A stretch of 64,000 bases of DNA. Origin: Balanoglossus misakiensis (Eukaryota > Animalia > Hemichordata). Positions 15,001 through 30,392 of the stretch are shown one piece after another. Every line of letters begins with the position of its first letter. Within the stretch, counting starts at the first letter, position 1. The notes below the pieces were generated by a model. It was not told the origin of the DNA, searched no databases, and saw nothing but the letters and a program-made list of their open reading frames with translations. Both the position numbers and the translations under genes were made by a program. The stretch is taken from positions 10,304,894-10,368,893 of the forward strand of contig CM082589.2 of the NCBI GenBank assembly GCA_040954595.2. The letters are read 5' to 3'.

Positions 15001-18000
15001 TTCGTTGATTTTTGAAAAAAAACATGGGTGAAAATCATCAAAAAATTACAAATTTTCGAATTTGCAAAATCTCAAAATTTCGTCGATTTTTGAAAAAAAA
15101 AACATGGGTGAAAATCATCAAAAAATGACAAATTTTCGACTTTGCAAAATCTCAAAATTTCGTAAATTTTTGAAAAAAAGTCATGGGTGAAAATCATCAA
15201 AAAATTAAAAAGTTTCGTCTTTGCAAAATCTCAAAAAATCGTCGATTTTTGAAAAAAAAAATCATGGGTAAAAATCATCAAAAAATTACAAATTTTCGAC
15301 TTTGCAAAATCTAAAAATTTTGTCGATTTTTGAAAAAAAATCATGGGTGAAAATCATTAATAAATGACAAATTTTCGACTTTGCAAAATCTAAAAATTTT
15401 GTCGATTTTTGAAAAAAAATCATGGGTGAAAATCATTAATAAATGACAAATTTTCGACTTTGCAAAATCTCAAAATTTCGTCGATTTTTGAAAAAAAATC
15501 ATGGGTGAAAATCATCAAAAAATTACAAATTTTCGACTTTGCAAAATCTCAAAATTTCGTCGATTTTTGAGAAAAATCATGGGTGAAAATCATCAAAAAA
15601 TGACAAATTTTCGACTTTGCAAAATCTCAAAATTTTGTCGATTTTTGAAAAAAAATCATGGGTTCGTTGATTTTTGAAAAAAAACATGGGTGAAAATCAT
15701 CAAAAAATTACAAATTTTCGAATTTGCAAAATCTCAAAATATCTTAAATTTTTGAAAAAAAGTCATGGGTGAAAATCATCAAAAAATTACAAATTTTCGT
15801 CTTTGCAAAATCTCAAAATTTCGTCGATTTTTGAAAAAAAAAATCATGGGTAAAAATCATCAAAAAATTACAAATTTTCGACTTTGCAAAATCTAAAAAT
15901 TTTGTCGATTTTTGAAAAAAATCATGGGTGAAAATCATCAAAAAATGACAAATTTTCGACTTTGCAAAATCTCAAAATTTCGTAGATTTTTGAAAAAAAA
16001 AATCATGGGTAAAAATCATCAAAAAATTACAAATTTTCGACTTTGCAAAATCTAAAAATTTTGTCGATTTTTGAAAACAATCATGGGTGAAAATCATTAA
16101 TAAATGACAAATTTTCGACTTTGCAAAATCTCAAAATTTCGTCGATTTTTGAAAAAAAATCATGGGTGAAAATCATCAAAAAATTACAAATTTTCGACTT
16201 TGCAAAATCTCAAAATTTCGTCGATTTTTGAGAAAAATCATGGGTGAAAATCATCAAAAAATGACAAATTTTCGACTTTGCAAAATCTCAAAATTTTGTC
16301 GATTTTTGAAAAAAATCATGGGTTCGTTCAATTTTGAAAAAAAACATGGGTGAAAATCATCAAAAAATTACAAATTTTCGACTTTGCAAAATCTCAAAAT
16401 TTCGTCGATTTTTGAAAAAAAATCATGGGTGAAAATCATCAAAAAATTACAAATTTTCGACTTTGCAAAATCTCAAAATTTTGTCGATTTTTGAAAAAAA
16501 ATCATGGGTTCGTTGATTTTTGAAAAAAAACATGGGTGAAAATCATCAAAAAATTACAAATTTTCGAATTTGCAAAATCACAAAATTTCGTCGATTTTTG
16601 AAAAAAAAACATGGGTGAAAATCATCAAAAAATTACAAATTTTCGACTTTGCAAAATCTCAAAATTTCGTAAATTTTTGAAAAAAAGTCATGGGTGAAAA
16701 TCATCAAAAAATTACAAATTTTCGTCTTTGCAAAATCACAAAATTTCGTCGATTTTTGAAAAAAAAAATCATGGGTAAAAATCATCAAAAAATTACAAAT
16801 TTTCGACTTTGCAAAATCTAAAAATTTTGTCGATTTTTGAAAAAAATCATGGGTGAAAATCATCAAAAAATGACAAATTTTCGTCTTTGCAAAATCTCAA
16901 AATTTCGTCCATTTTTGAATAAAAATCATGGGTGAAAATCATCAAAAAATGACACATTTTCGACTTTGCAAAATCTAAAAATTTCGTCGATTTTTGAAAA
17001 AAATCATGGTTGAAAATCATCAAAAAATGACAAAATTTTCGACTTTGTAAAATCACAAAATTTCGTCGATTTTGAAAAAAATCATAGGTTCGTCGATTTC
17101 TAAAAAAAAACATGGGTGAAAATCATCAAAAAATGACAAATTTTCGACTTTGCAAAATCTCAAAATTTCGTCGATTTTTGAAAAAAATCATGGGTGAAAA
17201 TCATCAAAAAATGACAAATTTTCGACTTCGCAAAATCTCAAAATTTCGTCAATTTTTGAAAAAATCAGGGGTAAAAATCATCAAAAAATGACAAATTTTC
17301 GTCTTTGCTAAATCTCAAAATTTCGTCGGTTTTTGAAAAATAATATGGGTGAAAATCATCAAAAAATGACAAATTTTCGACTTTGCAAAATCTCAAAATT
17401 TCGTCCATTTTTGAAAAAAAATCATGCGTAAAAATCATCAAAAAATGACAAATTTTCGTCTTTGCAAAATCTCAAAATTTCTTCCATTTAAAAAAAAAAG
17501 CATGGGGGAAAATCATCAAAAAATGACAAATTTTCGTCTTTTCAAAATCTCAAAATTTCGTCCATTTAAAAAAAAAAACATGGGTGAAAATCATCAAAAA
17601 ATGACAAATTTTTGACTTTTCAAAATCTCACAATTTCGTCGATTTTTGAAAAAAATCATGGGTGAAAATCATCAAAAAATGACAAATTATCGACTTTGCA
17701 AAATCTCAAAATTTCGTCGATTTTGAAAAAAACCATTGGGGGAAAATCATCATAAAATGACAAATTATCGACTTTGCAAAATCTCAAAATTTCGTCCATT
17801 TTAAAAAAAAAACATGGGGGAAAATCATCAAAAAATGACAAATTTTCGACTTTGCAAAATCTCAAAATTTCGTCGATTTTGAAAAAAAACATTGGGGGAA
17901 AATCATCAAAAAATGACAAATTATCGACTTTGCACAATCTCACAATTTCGTCGATTTTTGAAAAAAATCATGGGTGAAAATCATCAAAAAATTACAAATT

Positions 18001-21000
18001 TTCGACTTTGCAAAATCTCAACATTTCGTCGATTTTTGAAAAAAATCATGGGTGAAAATCATCAAAAAATGACAAATTTTCGACTTTGCAAAATCTCACA
18101 ATTTCGTCGATTTTTGAAAAAAATCATGGGTGAAAATCATCAAAAAATTACAAATTTTCGACTTTGCAAAATCTCAACATTTCGTCGATTTTTGAAAAAA
18201 ATCATGGGTGAAAATCATCAAAAAATTACAAATTTTCGACTTTGCAAAATCTCAAAATTTCGTCGATTTTTGAAAAAAAATCATGGGTGAAAATCATCAA
18301 AAAATTACAAATTTTCGACTTTGCAAAATCTCAAAATTTTGTCGATTTTTGAAAAAAAATCATGGGTTCGTTGATTTTTGAAAAAAAAACATGGGTGAAA
18401 ATCATCAAAAAATTACAAATTTTCGAATTTGCAAAATCACAAAATTTCGTCGATTTTTGAAAAAAAAAAACATGGGTGAAAATCATCAAAAAATGACAAA
18501 TTTTCGACTTTGCAAAATCTCAAAATTTCGTAAATTTTTGAAAAAAAGTCATGGGTGAAAATCATCAAAAAATTACAAATTTTCGTCTTTGCAAAATCTC
18601 AAAATTTCGTCGATTTTTGAAAAAAAAAATCATGGGTGAAAATCATCAAAAAATGACAAATTTTCGTCTTTGCAAAATCTCAAAATTTCGTCCATTTTTG
18701 AATAAAAATCATGGGTGAAAATCATCAAAAAATGACACATTTTCGACTTTGCAAAATCTAAAAATTTCGTCATTTTTAAAAAAAAAATCATGGTGAAAAT
18801 CATCAAAAAATGACAAATTGTCGACTTTGCAAAATCTAAAAATTTTGTCGATTTTTGAAAAAAATCATGGGTGAAAATAATCAAAAAATGACAAATTTTC
18901 GACTTTGCAAAATCTCAAAATTTCGTCGATTTTTGAAAAAAATCATGGGTGAAAATCATCAAAAAATGACAAATTTTCGACTTTGCAAAATCTCAAAATT
19001 TTGTCGATTTTTGAAAAAAAATCATGGGTTCGTTGATTTTTGAAAAAAAACATGGGTGAAAATCATCAAAAAATTACAAATTTTCGAATTTGCAAAATCT
19101 CAAAATTTCGTCGATTTTTGAAAAAAAAAACATGGGTGAAAATCATCAAAAATGACAAATTTTCGACTTTGCAAAATCTCAAAATTTCGTAAATTTTTGA
19201 AAAAAAGTCATGGGTGAAAATCATCAAAAAATTAAAAAGTTTCGTCTTTGCAAAATCTCAAAAAATCGTCGATTTTTGAAAAAAAAAATCATGGGTAAAA
19301 ATCATCAAAAAATTACAAATTTTCGACTTTGCAAAATCTAAAAATTTTGTCGATTTTTGAAAAAAAATCATGGGTGAAAATCATTAATAAATGACAAATT
19401 TTCGACTTTGCAAAATCTAAAAATTTTGTCGATTTTTGAAAAAAAATCATGGGTGAAAATCATTAATAAATGACAAATTTTCGACTTTGCAAAATCTCAA
19501 AATTTCGTCGATTTTTGAAAAAAAATCATGGGTGAAAATCATCAAAAAATTACAAATTTTCGACTTTGCAAAATCTCAAAATTTCGTCGATTTTTGAGAA
19601 AAATCATGGGTGAAAATCATCAAAAAATTACAAATTTTCGAATTTGCAAAATCTCAAAATTTCTTAAATTTTTGAAAAAAAGTCATGGGTGAAAATCATC
19701 AAAAAATTACAAATTTTCGTCTTTGCAAAATCTCAAAATTTCGTCGATTTTTGAAAAAAAAAATCATGGGTAAAAATCATCAAAAAATTACAAATTTTCG
19801 ACTTTGCAAAATCTAAAAATTTTGTCGATTTTTGAAAAAAATCATGGGTGAAAATCATCAAAAAATGACAAATTTTCGACTTTGCAAAATCTCAAAATTT
19901 CGTAGATTTTTGAAAAAAAAAAATCATGGGTAAAAATCATCAAAAAATTACAAATTTTCGACTTTGCAAAATCTAAAAATTTTGTCGATTTTTGAAAACA
20001 ATCATGGGTGAAAATCATCAAAAAATGACAAATTTTCGACTTTGCAAAATCTCAAAATTTTGTCGATTTTTGAAAAAAAATCATGGGTGAAAATCATTAA
20101 TAAATGACAAATTTTCGACTTTGCAAAATCTCAAAATTTCGTCGATTTTTGAAAAAAAATCATGGGTGAAAATCATCAAAAAATTACAAATTTTCGACTT
20201 TGCAAAATCTCAAAATTTCGTCGATTTTTGAGAAAAATCATGGGTGAAAATCATCAAAAAATGACAAATTTTCGACTTTGCAAAATCTCAAAATTTTGTC
20301 GATTTTTGAAAAAAATCATGGGTTCGTTCAATTTTGAAAAAAAACATGGGTGAAAATCATCAAAAAATTACAAATTTTCGACTTTGCAAAATCTCAAAAT
20401 TTCGTCGATTTTTCAAAAAAAAATCATGGGTGAAAATCATCAAAAAATTACAAATTTTCGACTTTGCAAAATCTCAAAATTTTGTCGATTTTTGAAAAAA
20501 AATCATGGGTTCGTTGATTTTTGAAAAAAAACATGGGTGAAAATCATCAAAAAATTACAAATTTTCGAATTTGCAAAATCACAAAATTTCGTCGATTTTT
20601 GAAAAAAAAACATGGGTGAAAATCATCAAAAAATTACAAATTTTCGACTTTGCAAAATCTCAAAATTTCGTAAATTTTTGAAAAAAAGTCATGGGTGAAA
20701 ATCATCAAAAAATTACAAATTTTCGTCTTTGCAAAATCACAAAATTTCGTCGATTTTTGAAAAAAAAAATCATGGGTAAAAATCATCAAAAAATTACAAA
20801 TTTTCGACTTTGCAAAATCTAAAAATTTTGTCGATTTTTGAAAAAAATCATGGGTGAAAATCATCAAAAAATGACAAATTTTCGTCTTTGCAAAATCTCA
20901 AAATTTCGTCCATTTTTGAATAAAAATCATGGGTGAAAATCATCAAAAAATGACACATTTTCGACTTTGCAAAATCTAAAAATTTCGTCGATTTTTGAAA

Positions 21001-24000
21001 AAAATCATGGGTGAAAATCATCAAAAAATGACAAATTTTCGACTTCGCAAAATCTCAAAATTTCGTCAATTTTTGAAAAAATCAGGGGTAAAAATCATCA
21101 AAAAATGACAAATTTTCGTCTTTGCTAAATCTCAAAATTTCGTCGGTTTTTGAAAAATAATATGGATGAAAATCATCAAAAAATGACAAATTTTCGACTT
21201 TGCAAAATCTCAAAATTTCGTCCATTTTTGAAAAAAAATCATGGGTAAAAATCATCAAAAAATGACAAATTTTCGTCTTTGCAAAATCTCAAAATTTCTT
21301 CCATTTAAAAAAAAAAGCATGGGGGAAAATCATCAAAAAATGACAAATTTTCGTCTTTTCAAAATCTCAAAATTTCGTCCATTTAAAAAAAAAAACATGG
21401 GTGAAAATCATCAAAAAATGACAAATTTTTGACTTTTCAAAATCTCACAATTTCGTCGATTTTTGAAAAAAATCATGGGTGAAAATCATCAAAAAATGAC
21501 AAATTATCGACTTTGCAAAATCTCAAAATTTCGTCGATTTTGAAAAAAACCATTGGGGGAAAATCATCAAAAAATGACAAATTATCGACTTTGCAAAATC
21601 TCAAAATTTCGTCCATTTTAAAAAAAAAACATGGGGGAAAATCATCAAAAAATGACAAATTTTCGACTTTGCAAAATCTCAAAATTTCGTCGATTTTGAA
21701 AAAAAAACATTGGGGGAAAATCATCAAAAAATGACAAATTATCGACTTTGCACAATCTCACAATTTCGTCGATTTTTGAAAAAAATCATGGGTGAAAATC
21801 ATCAAAAAATTTCAAATTTTCGACTTTGCAAAATCTCAACATTTCGTCGATTTTTGAAAAAAATCATGGGTGAAAATCATCAAAAAATGACAAATTTTCG
21901 ACTTTGCAAAATCTCACAATTTCGTCGATTTTTGAAAAAAATCATGGGTGAAAATCATCAAAAAATTACAAATTTTCGACTTTGCAAAATCTCAACATTT
22001 CGTCGATTTTTGAAAAAAATCATGGGTGAAAATCATCAAAAAATTACAAATTTTCGACTTTGCAAAATCTCAAAATTTCGTCGATTTTTGAAAAAAAATC
22101 ATGGGTGAAAATCATCAAAAAATTACAAATTTTCGACTTTGCAAAATCTCAAAATTTTGTCGATTTTTGAAAAAAAATCATGGGTTCGTTGATTTTTGAA
22201 AAAAAAACATGGGTGAAAATCATCAAAAAATTACAAATTTTCGAATTTGCAAAATCACAAAATTTCGTCGATTTTTGAAAAAAAAAAACATGGGTGAAAA
22301 TCATCAAAAAATGACAAATTTTCGACTTTGCAAAATCTCAAAATTTCGTAAATTTTTGAAAAAAAGTCATGGGTGAAAATCATCAAAAAATTACAAATTT
22401 TCGTCTTTGCAAAATCTCAAAATTTCGTCGATTTTTGAAAAAAAAAATCATGGGTAAAAATCATCAAAAAATTACAAATTTTCGACTTTGCAAAATCTAA
22501 AAATTTTGTCGATTTTTGAAAAAAATCATGGGTGAAAATCATCAAAAAATGACAAATTTTCGTCTTTGCAAAATCTCAAAATTTCGTCCATTTTTGAATA
22601 AAAATCATGGGTGAAAATCATCAAAAAATGACACATTTTCGACTTTGCAAAATCTAAAAATTTCGTCGATTTTTGAAAAAAATCATGGTTGAAAATCATC
22701 AAAAAATGACAAAATTTTCGACTTTGTAAAATCACAAAATTTCGTCGATTTTGAAAAAAATCATAGGTTCGTCGATTTCTAAAAAAAAACATGGGTGAAA
22801 ATCATCAAAAAATGACAAATTTTCGACTTTGCAAAATCTCAAAATTTCGTCGATTTTTGAAAAAAATCATGGGTGAAAATCATCAAAAAATGACAAATTT
22901 TCGACTTCGCAAAATCTCAAAATTTCGTCAATTTTTGAAAAAATCAGGGGTAAAAATCATCAAAAAATGACAAATTTTCGTCTTTGCTAAATCTCAATAT
23001 TTCGTCGGTTTTTGAAAAATAATATGGGTGAAAATCATCAAAAAATGACAAATTTTCGACTTTGCAAAATCTCACAATTTCGTCGATTTTTGAAAAAAAT
23101 CATGGGTGAAAATCATCAAAAAATGACAAATTATCGACTTTGCAAAATCTCAAAATTTCGTCGATTTTGAAAAAAACCATTGGGGGAAAATCATCAAAAA
23201 ATGACAAATTATCGACTTTGCAAAATCTCAAAATTTCGTCCATTTTAAAAAAAAAACATGGGGGAAAATCATCAAAAAATGACAAATTTTCGACTTTGCA
23301 AAATCTCAAAATTTCGTCGATTTTGAAAAAAAACATTGGGGGAAAATCATCAAAAAATGACAAATTATCGACTTTGCACAATCTCACAATTTCGTCGATT
23401 TTTGAAAAAAATCATGGGTGAAAATCATCAAAAAATTACAAATGTTCGACTTTGCAAAATCTCAACATTTCGTCGATTTTTGAAAAAAATCATGGGTGAA
23501 AATCATCAAAAAATGACAAATTTTCGACTTTGCAAAATCTCACAATTTCGTCGATTTTTGAAAAAAATCATGGGTGAAAATCATCAAAAAATGACAAATT
23601 TTCGTCTTTGCAAAATCTCAAAATTTCGTCCATTTTTGAATAAAAATCATGGGTGAAAATCATCAAAAAATGACACATTTTCGACTTTGCAAAATCTAAA
23701 AATTTCGTCATTTTTTTAAAAAAAATCATGGTGAAAATCATCAAAAAATGACAAATTGTCGACTTTGCAAAATCTAAAAATTTTGTCGATTTTTGAAAAA
23801 AATCATGGGTGAAAATAATCAAAAAATGACAAATTTTCGACTTTGCAAAATCTCAAAATTTCGTCGATTTTTGAAAAAAATCATGGGTGAAAATCATCAA
23901 AAAATGACAAATTTTCGACTTTGCAAAATCTCAAAATTTTGTCGATTTTTGAAAAAAAATCATGGGTTCGTTGATTTTTGAAAAAAAAACATGGGTGAAA

Positions 24001-27000
24001 ATCATCAAAAAATTACAAATTTTCGAATTTGCAAAATCTCAAAATTTCGTCGATTTTTGAAAAAAAAAACATGGGTGAAAATCATCAAAAAATGACAAAT
24101 TTTCGACTTTGCAAAATCTCAAAATTTCGTAAATTTTTGAAAAAAAGTCATGGGTGAAAATCATCAAAAAATTAAAAAGTTTCGTCTTTGCAAAATCTCA
24201 AAAAATCGTCGATTTTTGAAAAAAAAAATCATGGGTAAAAATCATCAAAAAATTACAAATTTTCGACTTTGCAAAATCTAAAAATTTTGTCGATTTTTGA
24301 AAAAAATCATGGGTGAAAATCATCAAAAAATGACAAATTTTCGACTTTGCAAAATCTCAAAATTTCGTCGATTTTTGAAAAAAATCATGGGTGAAAATCA
24401 TCAAAAAATGACAAATTTTCGACTTTGCAAAATCTCAAAATTTCGTAAATTTTTGAAAAAAAGTCATGGGTGAAAATCATCAAAAAATTAAAAAGTTTCG
24501 TCTTTGCAAAATCTCAAAATTTCGTCGATTTTTGAAAAAAAAATCATGGGTAAAAATCATCAAAAAATTACAAATTTTCGACTTTGCAAAATCTAAAAAT
24601 TTTGTCGATTTTTGAAAAAAATCATGGGTGAAAATCATCAAAAAATGACAAATTTTCGACTTTGCAAAATCTCAAAATTTCGTCGATTTTTGAAAAAAAT
24701 CATGGGTGAAAATCATCAAAAAATGACAAATTTTCGACTTTGCAAAATCTTAAATTTCGTCGATTTTTGAAAAAAATCATGGGTGAAAATCATCAAAAAA
24801 TGACAAATTTTTGACTTTGCAAAATCTCAAAATTTCGTCGATTTTTGAGAAAAATCATAGGAAAAAATTATCAAAAAATGACAAATTTTCGACTTTGCAA
24901 AATCTCAAAATTTCGTCGATTTTTGAAAAAAATCATGGGTGAAAATCATCAAAAAATGACAAATTTTCGACTTTGCAAAATCTTAAATTTCGTCGATTTT
25001 TGAAAAAAATCATGGGTGAAAATCATCAAAAAATGACAAATTTTTGACTTTGCAAAATCTCAAAATTTCGTCGATTTTTGAGAAAAATCATGGGTGAAAA
25101 TCATCAAAAAATGACAAATTTTCGTCTTTGCAAAATCTCAAAATTTGGTCGATTTTTGAAAAAAAAAATCATGGGTAAAAATCATCAAAAAATGACAAAT
25201 TTTCGACTTTGCAAAATCTCAAATTTCGTCGATTTTTGAAAAGAATCATGGGTGAAAATCATCAAAAAATGACAAATTTTCGACTTTGCAAAATCTCAAA
25301 ATTTCGTCGATTTTTGAGAAAAATCATGGGTGAAAATCATCAAAAAACGACAAATTTTCGTCTTTGCAAAATCTCAAAATTTCGTCGATTTTTGAAAAAA
25401 ATCATGGGTGAAAATCATCAAAAAATGACAATTTTTTGTCTTTGCAAAATCTCAAAATTTGGTCGATTTTTGAAAAACAAAATCATGGGAAAAAATCATC
25501 AAAAAATGACAAATTTTCGACTTTGCAAAATCTCAAAATTTCGTCGATTTTGGAAAAAAAAACATGGGTGAAAATCATCAAAAAATGACAAATTTTCGAA
25601 TTTGCAAAATCTCAAAATTTCGTCGATTTTTGAAAAAAATCATGGGTTCGTTCAATTTTGAAAAAAAACATGGGTGAAAATCATCAAAAAATTACAAATT
25701 TTCGACTTTGCAAAATCTCAAAATTTTGTCGATTTTTGAAAAAAAATCATGGGTGAAAATCATTAATAAATGACAAATTTTCGACTTTGCAAAATCTCAA
25801 AATTTCGTCGATTTTTGAAAAAAAATCATGGGTGAAAATCATCAAAAAATTACAAATTTTCGACTTTGCAAAATCTCAAAATTTTGTCGATTTTTGAAAA
25901 AAAATCATGGGTTCGTTGATTTTTGAAAAAAAACATGGGTGAAAATCATCAAAAAATTACAAATTTTCGAATTTGCAAAATCTCAAAATTTTGTCGATTT
26001 TTGAAAAAAATCATGGGTGAAAATCATCAAAAAATGACAAATTTTCGACTTTGCAAAATCTCAACATTTCGTCGATTTTTGAAAAAAATCATAGGTGAAA
26101 ATCATCAAAAAATGACAAATTTTCGACTTTGCAAAAGCTCAAAATTTCGTCCATTTTGAAAAAAATCATAGGTTCGTCGATTTTAAAAAAAAAACTTGGG
26201 TGAAAATCATCAAAAAATGACAAATTTTCGACTTTGCAAAAGCTCAAAATTTCGTCCATTTTGAAAAAAATCATAGGTTCGTCGATTTTAAAAAAAAAAA
26301 CTTGGGTGAAAATCATCAAAAAATTACAAATTTTCGACTTTGCAAAATCTCAAAATTTTGTCGATTTTTGAAAAAAAATCATGGGTGAAAATCATTAATA
26401 AATGACAAATTTTCGACTTTGCAAAATCTCAAAATTTCGTCGATTTTTGAAAAAAAATCATGGGTGAAAATCATCAAAAAATTACAAATTTTCGACTTTG
26501 CAAAATCTCAAAATTTTGTCGATTTTTGAAAAAAAATCATGGGTTCGTTGATTTTTGAAAAAAAACATGGGTGAAAATCATCAAAAAATTACAAATTTTC
26601 GAATTTGCAAAATCTCAAAATTTTGTCGATTTTTGAAAAAAATCATGGGTGAAAATCATCAAAAAATGACAAATTTTCGACTTTGCAAAATCTCAACATT
26701 TCGTCGATTTTTGAAAAAAATCATAGGTGAAAATCATCAAAAAATGACAAATTTTCGACTTTGCAAAATCTCAAAATTTCGTCGATTTTGAAAAAAATCA
26801 TAGGTTCGTCGATTTTAAAAAAAAAACTTGGGTGAAAATCATCAAAAAATGACAAATTTTCGACTTTGCAAAATCTCACAATTTCGTCGATTTTTGAAAA
26901 AAATCATGGGAGAAAATCATCAAAAAATGACAAATTTTCGACTTTGCAAAATCTCAACATTTCGTCGATTTTTGAAAAAAATCATGGGTGAAAATCATCA

Positions 27001-30000
27001 AAAAATGACAAATTTTCGACTGTGCAAAATCTCAAAATTTCGTCGATTTTTGAAAAAAAATCATGGTTGAAAATCATCAAAAAATGACAAAATTTTCGAC
27101 TTTGCAAAATCTCAAAATTTCGTCGATTTTGGAAAAAAAAACATGGGTGAAAATCATCAAAAAATGACAAATTTTCGACTTTGCAAAATCTCAAAATTTC
27201 GTCGATTTTGGAAAAAAAATCATGGTTGAAAATCATCAAAAAATGACAAAATTTTCGACTTTGCAAAATCTCAAAATTTCGTCGATTTTGGAAAAAAAAA
27301 CATGGGTGAAAATCATCAAAAAATGACAAATTTTCGACTTTGCAAAATCTCAAAATTTCGTCGATTTTTGAGAAAAATCATGGGTGAAAATCATCAAAAA
27401 ACGACAAATTTTCGTCTTTGCAAAATCTCAACATTTCGTCGATTTTTGAAAAAAATCATGGGTGAAAATCATCAAAAAATGACAAATTTTCGACTGTGCA
27501 AAATCTCAAAATTTCGTCGATTTTTGAAAAAAAATCATGGTTGAAAATCATCAAAAAATGACAAATTTTCGACTGTGCAAAATCTCAAAATTTCGTCGAT
27601 TTTGGAAAAAAAAACATGGGTGAAAATCATCAAAAAATGACAAATTTTCGAATTTGCAAAATCTCAAAATTTCGTCGATTTTTGAAAAAAATCATGGGTT
27701 CGTTCAATTTTGAAAAAAAACATGGGTGAAAATCATCAAAAAATTACAAATTTTCGACTTTGCAAAATCTCAAAATTTTGTCGATTTTTGAAAAAAAATC
27801 ATGGGTGAAAATCATTAATAAATGACAAATTTTCGACTTTGCAAAATCTCAAAATTTCGTCGATTTTTGAAAAAAAATCATGGGTGAAAATCATCAAAAA
27901 ATGACAAAATTTTCGACTTTGCAAAATCTCAAAATTTCGTCGATTTTGGAAAAAAAATCATGGTTGAAAATCATCAAAAAATGACAAAATTTTCGACTTT
28001 GCAAAATCTCAAAATTTCGTCGATTTTGGAAAAAAAATCATGGTTGAAAATCATCAAAAAATGACAAAATTTTCGACTTTGCAAAATCTCAAAATTTTGT
28101 CGATTTTTGAAAAAAAATCATGGGTGAAAATCATTAATAAATGACAAATTTTCGACTGTGCAAAATCTCAAAATTTCGTCGATTTTTGAAAAAAAATCAT
28201 GGTTGAAAATCATCAAAAAATGACAAAATTTTCGACTTTGCAAAATCTCAAAATTTCGTCGATTTTGGAAAAAAAATCATGGTTGAAAATCATCAAAAAA
28301 TGACAAAATTTTCGACTTTGCAAAATCTCAAAATTTCGTCGATTTTGGAAAAAAAATCATGGTTGAAAATCATCAAAAAATGACAAAATTTTCGACTTTG
28401 CAAAATCTCAAAATTTCGTCGATTTTGGAAAAAAAAACATGGGTGAAAATCATCAAAAAATGACAAATTTTCGACTTTGCAAAATCTCAAAATTTCGTCG
28501 ATTTTTGAGAAAAATCATGGGTGAAAATCATCAAAAAACGACAAATTTTCGTCTTTGCAAAATCTCAACATTTCGTCGATTTTTGAAAAAAATCATGGGT
28601 GAAAATCATCAAAAAATGACAAATTTTCGACTGTGCAAAATCTCAAAATTTCGTCGATTTTTGAAAAAAAATCATGGTTGAAAATCATCAAAAAATGACA
28701 AATTTTCGACTGTGCAAAATCTCAAAATTTCGTCGATTTTGGAAAAAAAAACATGGGTGAAAATCATCAAAAAATGACAAATTTTCGAATTTGCAAAATC
28801 TCAAAATTTCGTCGATTTTTGAAAAAAATCATGGGTTCGTTCAATTTTGAAAAAAAACATGGGTGAAAATCATCAAAAAATTACAAATTTTCGACTTTGC
28901 AAAATCTCAAAATTTTGTCGATTTTTGAAAAAAAATCATGGGTGAAAATCATTAATAAATGACAAATTTTCGACTTTGCAAAATCTCAAAATTTCGTCGA
29001 TTTTTGAAAAAAAATCATGGGTGAAAATCATCAAAAAATTACAAATTTTCGACTTTGCAAAATCTCAAAATTTTGTCGATTTTTGAAAAAAAATCATGGG
29101 TTCGTTGATTTTTGAAAAAAAACATGGGTGAAAATCATCAAAAAATTACAAATTTTCGAATTTGCAAAATCTCAAAATTTTGTCGATTTTTGAAAAAAAT
29201 CATGGGTGAAAATCATCAAAAAATGACAAATTTTCGACTTTGCAAAATCTCAACATTTCGTCGATTTTTGAAAAAAATCATAGGTGAAAATCATCAAAAA
29301 ATGACAAATTTTCGACTTTGCAAAAGCTCAAAATTTCGTCCATTTTGAAAAAAATCATAGGTTCGTCGATTTTAAAAAAAAAACTTGGGTGAAAATCATC
29401 AAAAAATGACAAATTTTCGACTTTGCAAAATCTCAAAATTTCGTCGATTTTGAAAAAAATCATAGGTTCGTCGATTTTAAAAAAAAAACTTGGGTGAAAA
29501 TCATCAAAAAATGACAAATTTTCGACTTTGCAAAATCTCACAATTTCGTCGATTTTTGAAAAAAATCATGGGAGAAAATCATCAAAAAATGACAAATTTT
29601 CGACTTTGCAAAATCTCAACATTTCGTCGATTTTTGAAAAAAATCATGGGTGAAAATCATCAAAAAATGACAAATTTTCGACTGTGCAAAATCTCAAAAT
29701 TTCGTCGATTTTTGAAAAAAAATCATGGTTGAAAATCATCAAAAAATGACAAAATTTTCGACTTTGCAAAATCACACAATTTCGTCGATTTTGAAAAAAA
29801 TCATAGGTTCGTCGATTTTTTTAAAAAAAAGGACATGGGTGAAAATCATCAAAAAATGACAAATTTTCGACTTTGCAAAATCTTAAAATTTCGTCGATTT
29901 TTTAAAAAAAATCATGGGTGAAAATCATCAAAAAATGACACATTTTCGACTTTGCAAAATCTTAAAATTTCGTCGATTTTTGAGAAAAATCATGGGTGAA

Positions 30001-30325
30001 AATCATCAAAAAATGACAAATTTTCGACTTTGCAAAATCTCAAAATTACGTCGATTTTTGAAAAAAATCATGGGTGAAAATCATCAAAAAATGACAAATT
30101 TTCGACTTTGCAAAATCTCAAAATTTTGTCGATTTTTGAAAAAAATCATAGGTGAAAATCATCAAAAAATGACAAATTTTCGACTTCGCAAAATCTCAAA
30201 ATTTCGTCAATTTTTGAAAAAATCAGGGGTAAAAATCATCAAAAAATGACAAATTTTCGTCTTTGCTAAATCTCAAAATTTCGTCGGTTTTTGAAAAATA
30301 ATATGGGTGAAAATCATCAAAAAAT
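1..30325 (+). repeat. 78-bp AT-rich satellite DNA array, segment 1 (continues beyond left window edge)
   Basis: Continuous head-to-tail copies of the 78-bp monomer with point variants, variable A-run lengths and interspersed ~28-bp short units; the ORF track shows the 26-aa period MGENHQKMTNFRLCKISKFRRFLKKI. Confidence 0.99.
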
Positions 30326-30392
30326 AGCGTCAAGGACACTGTGGTCCCATTTGAGGACATAGCTCATAGCAACATAGCAATAAGCATATCTA

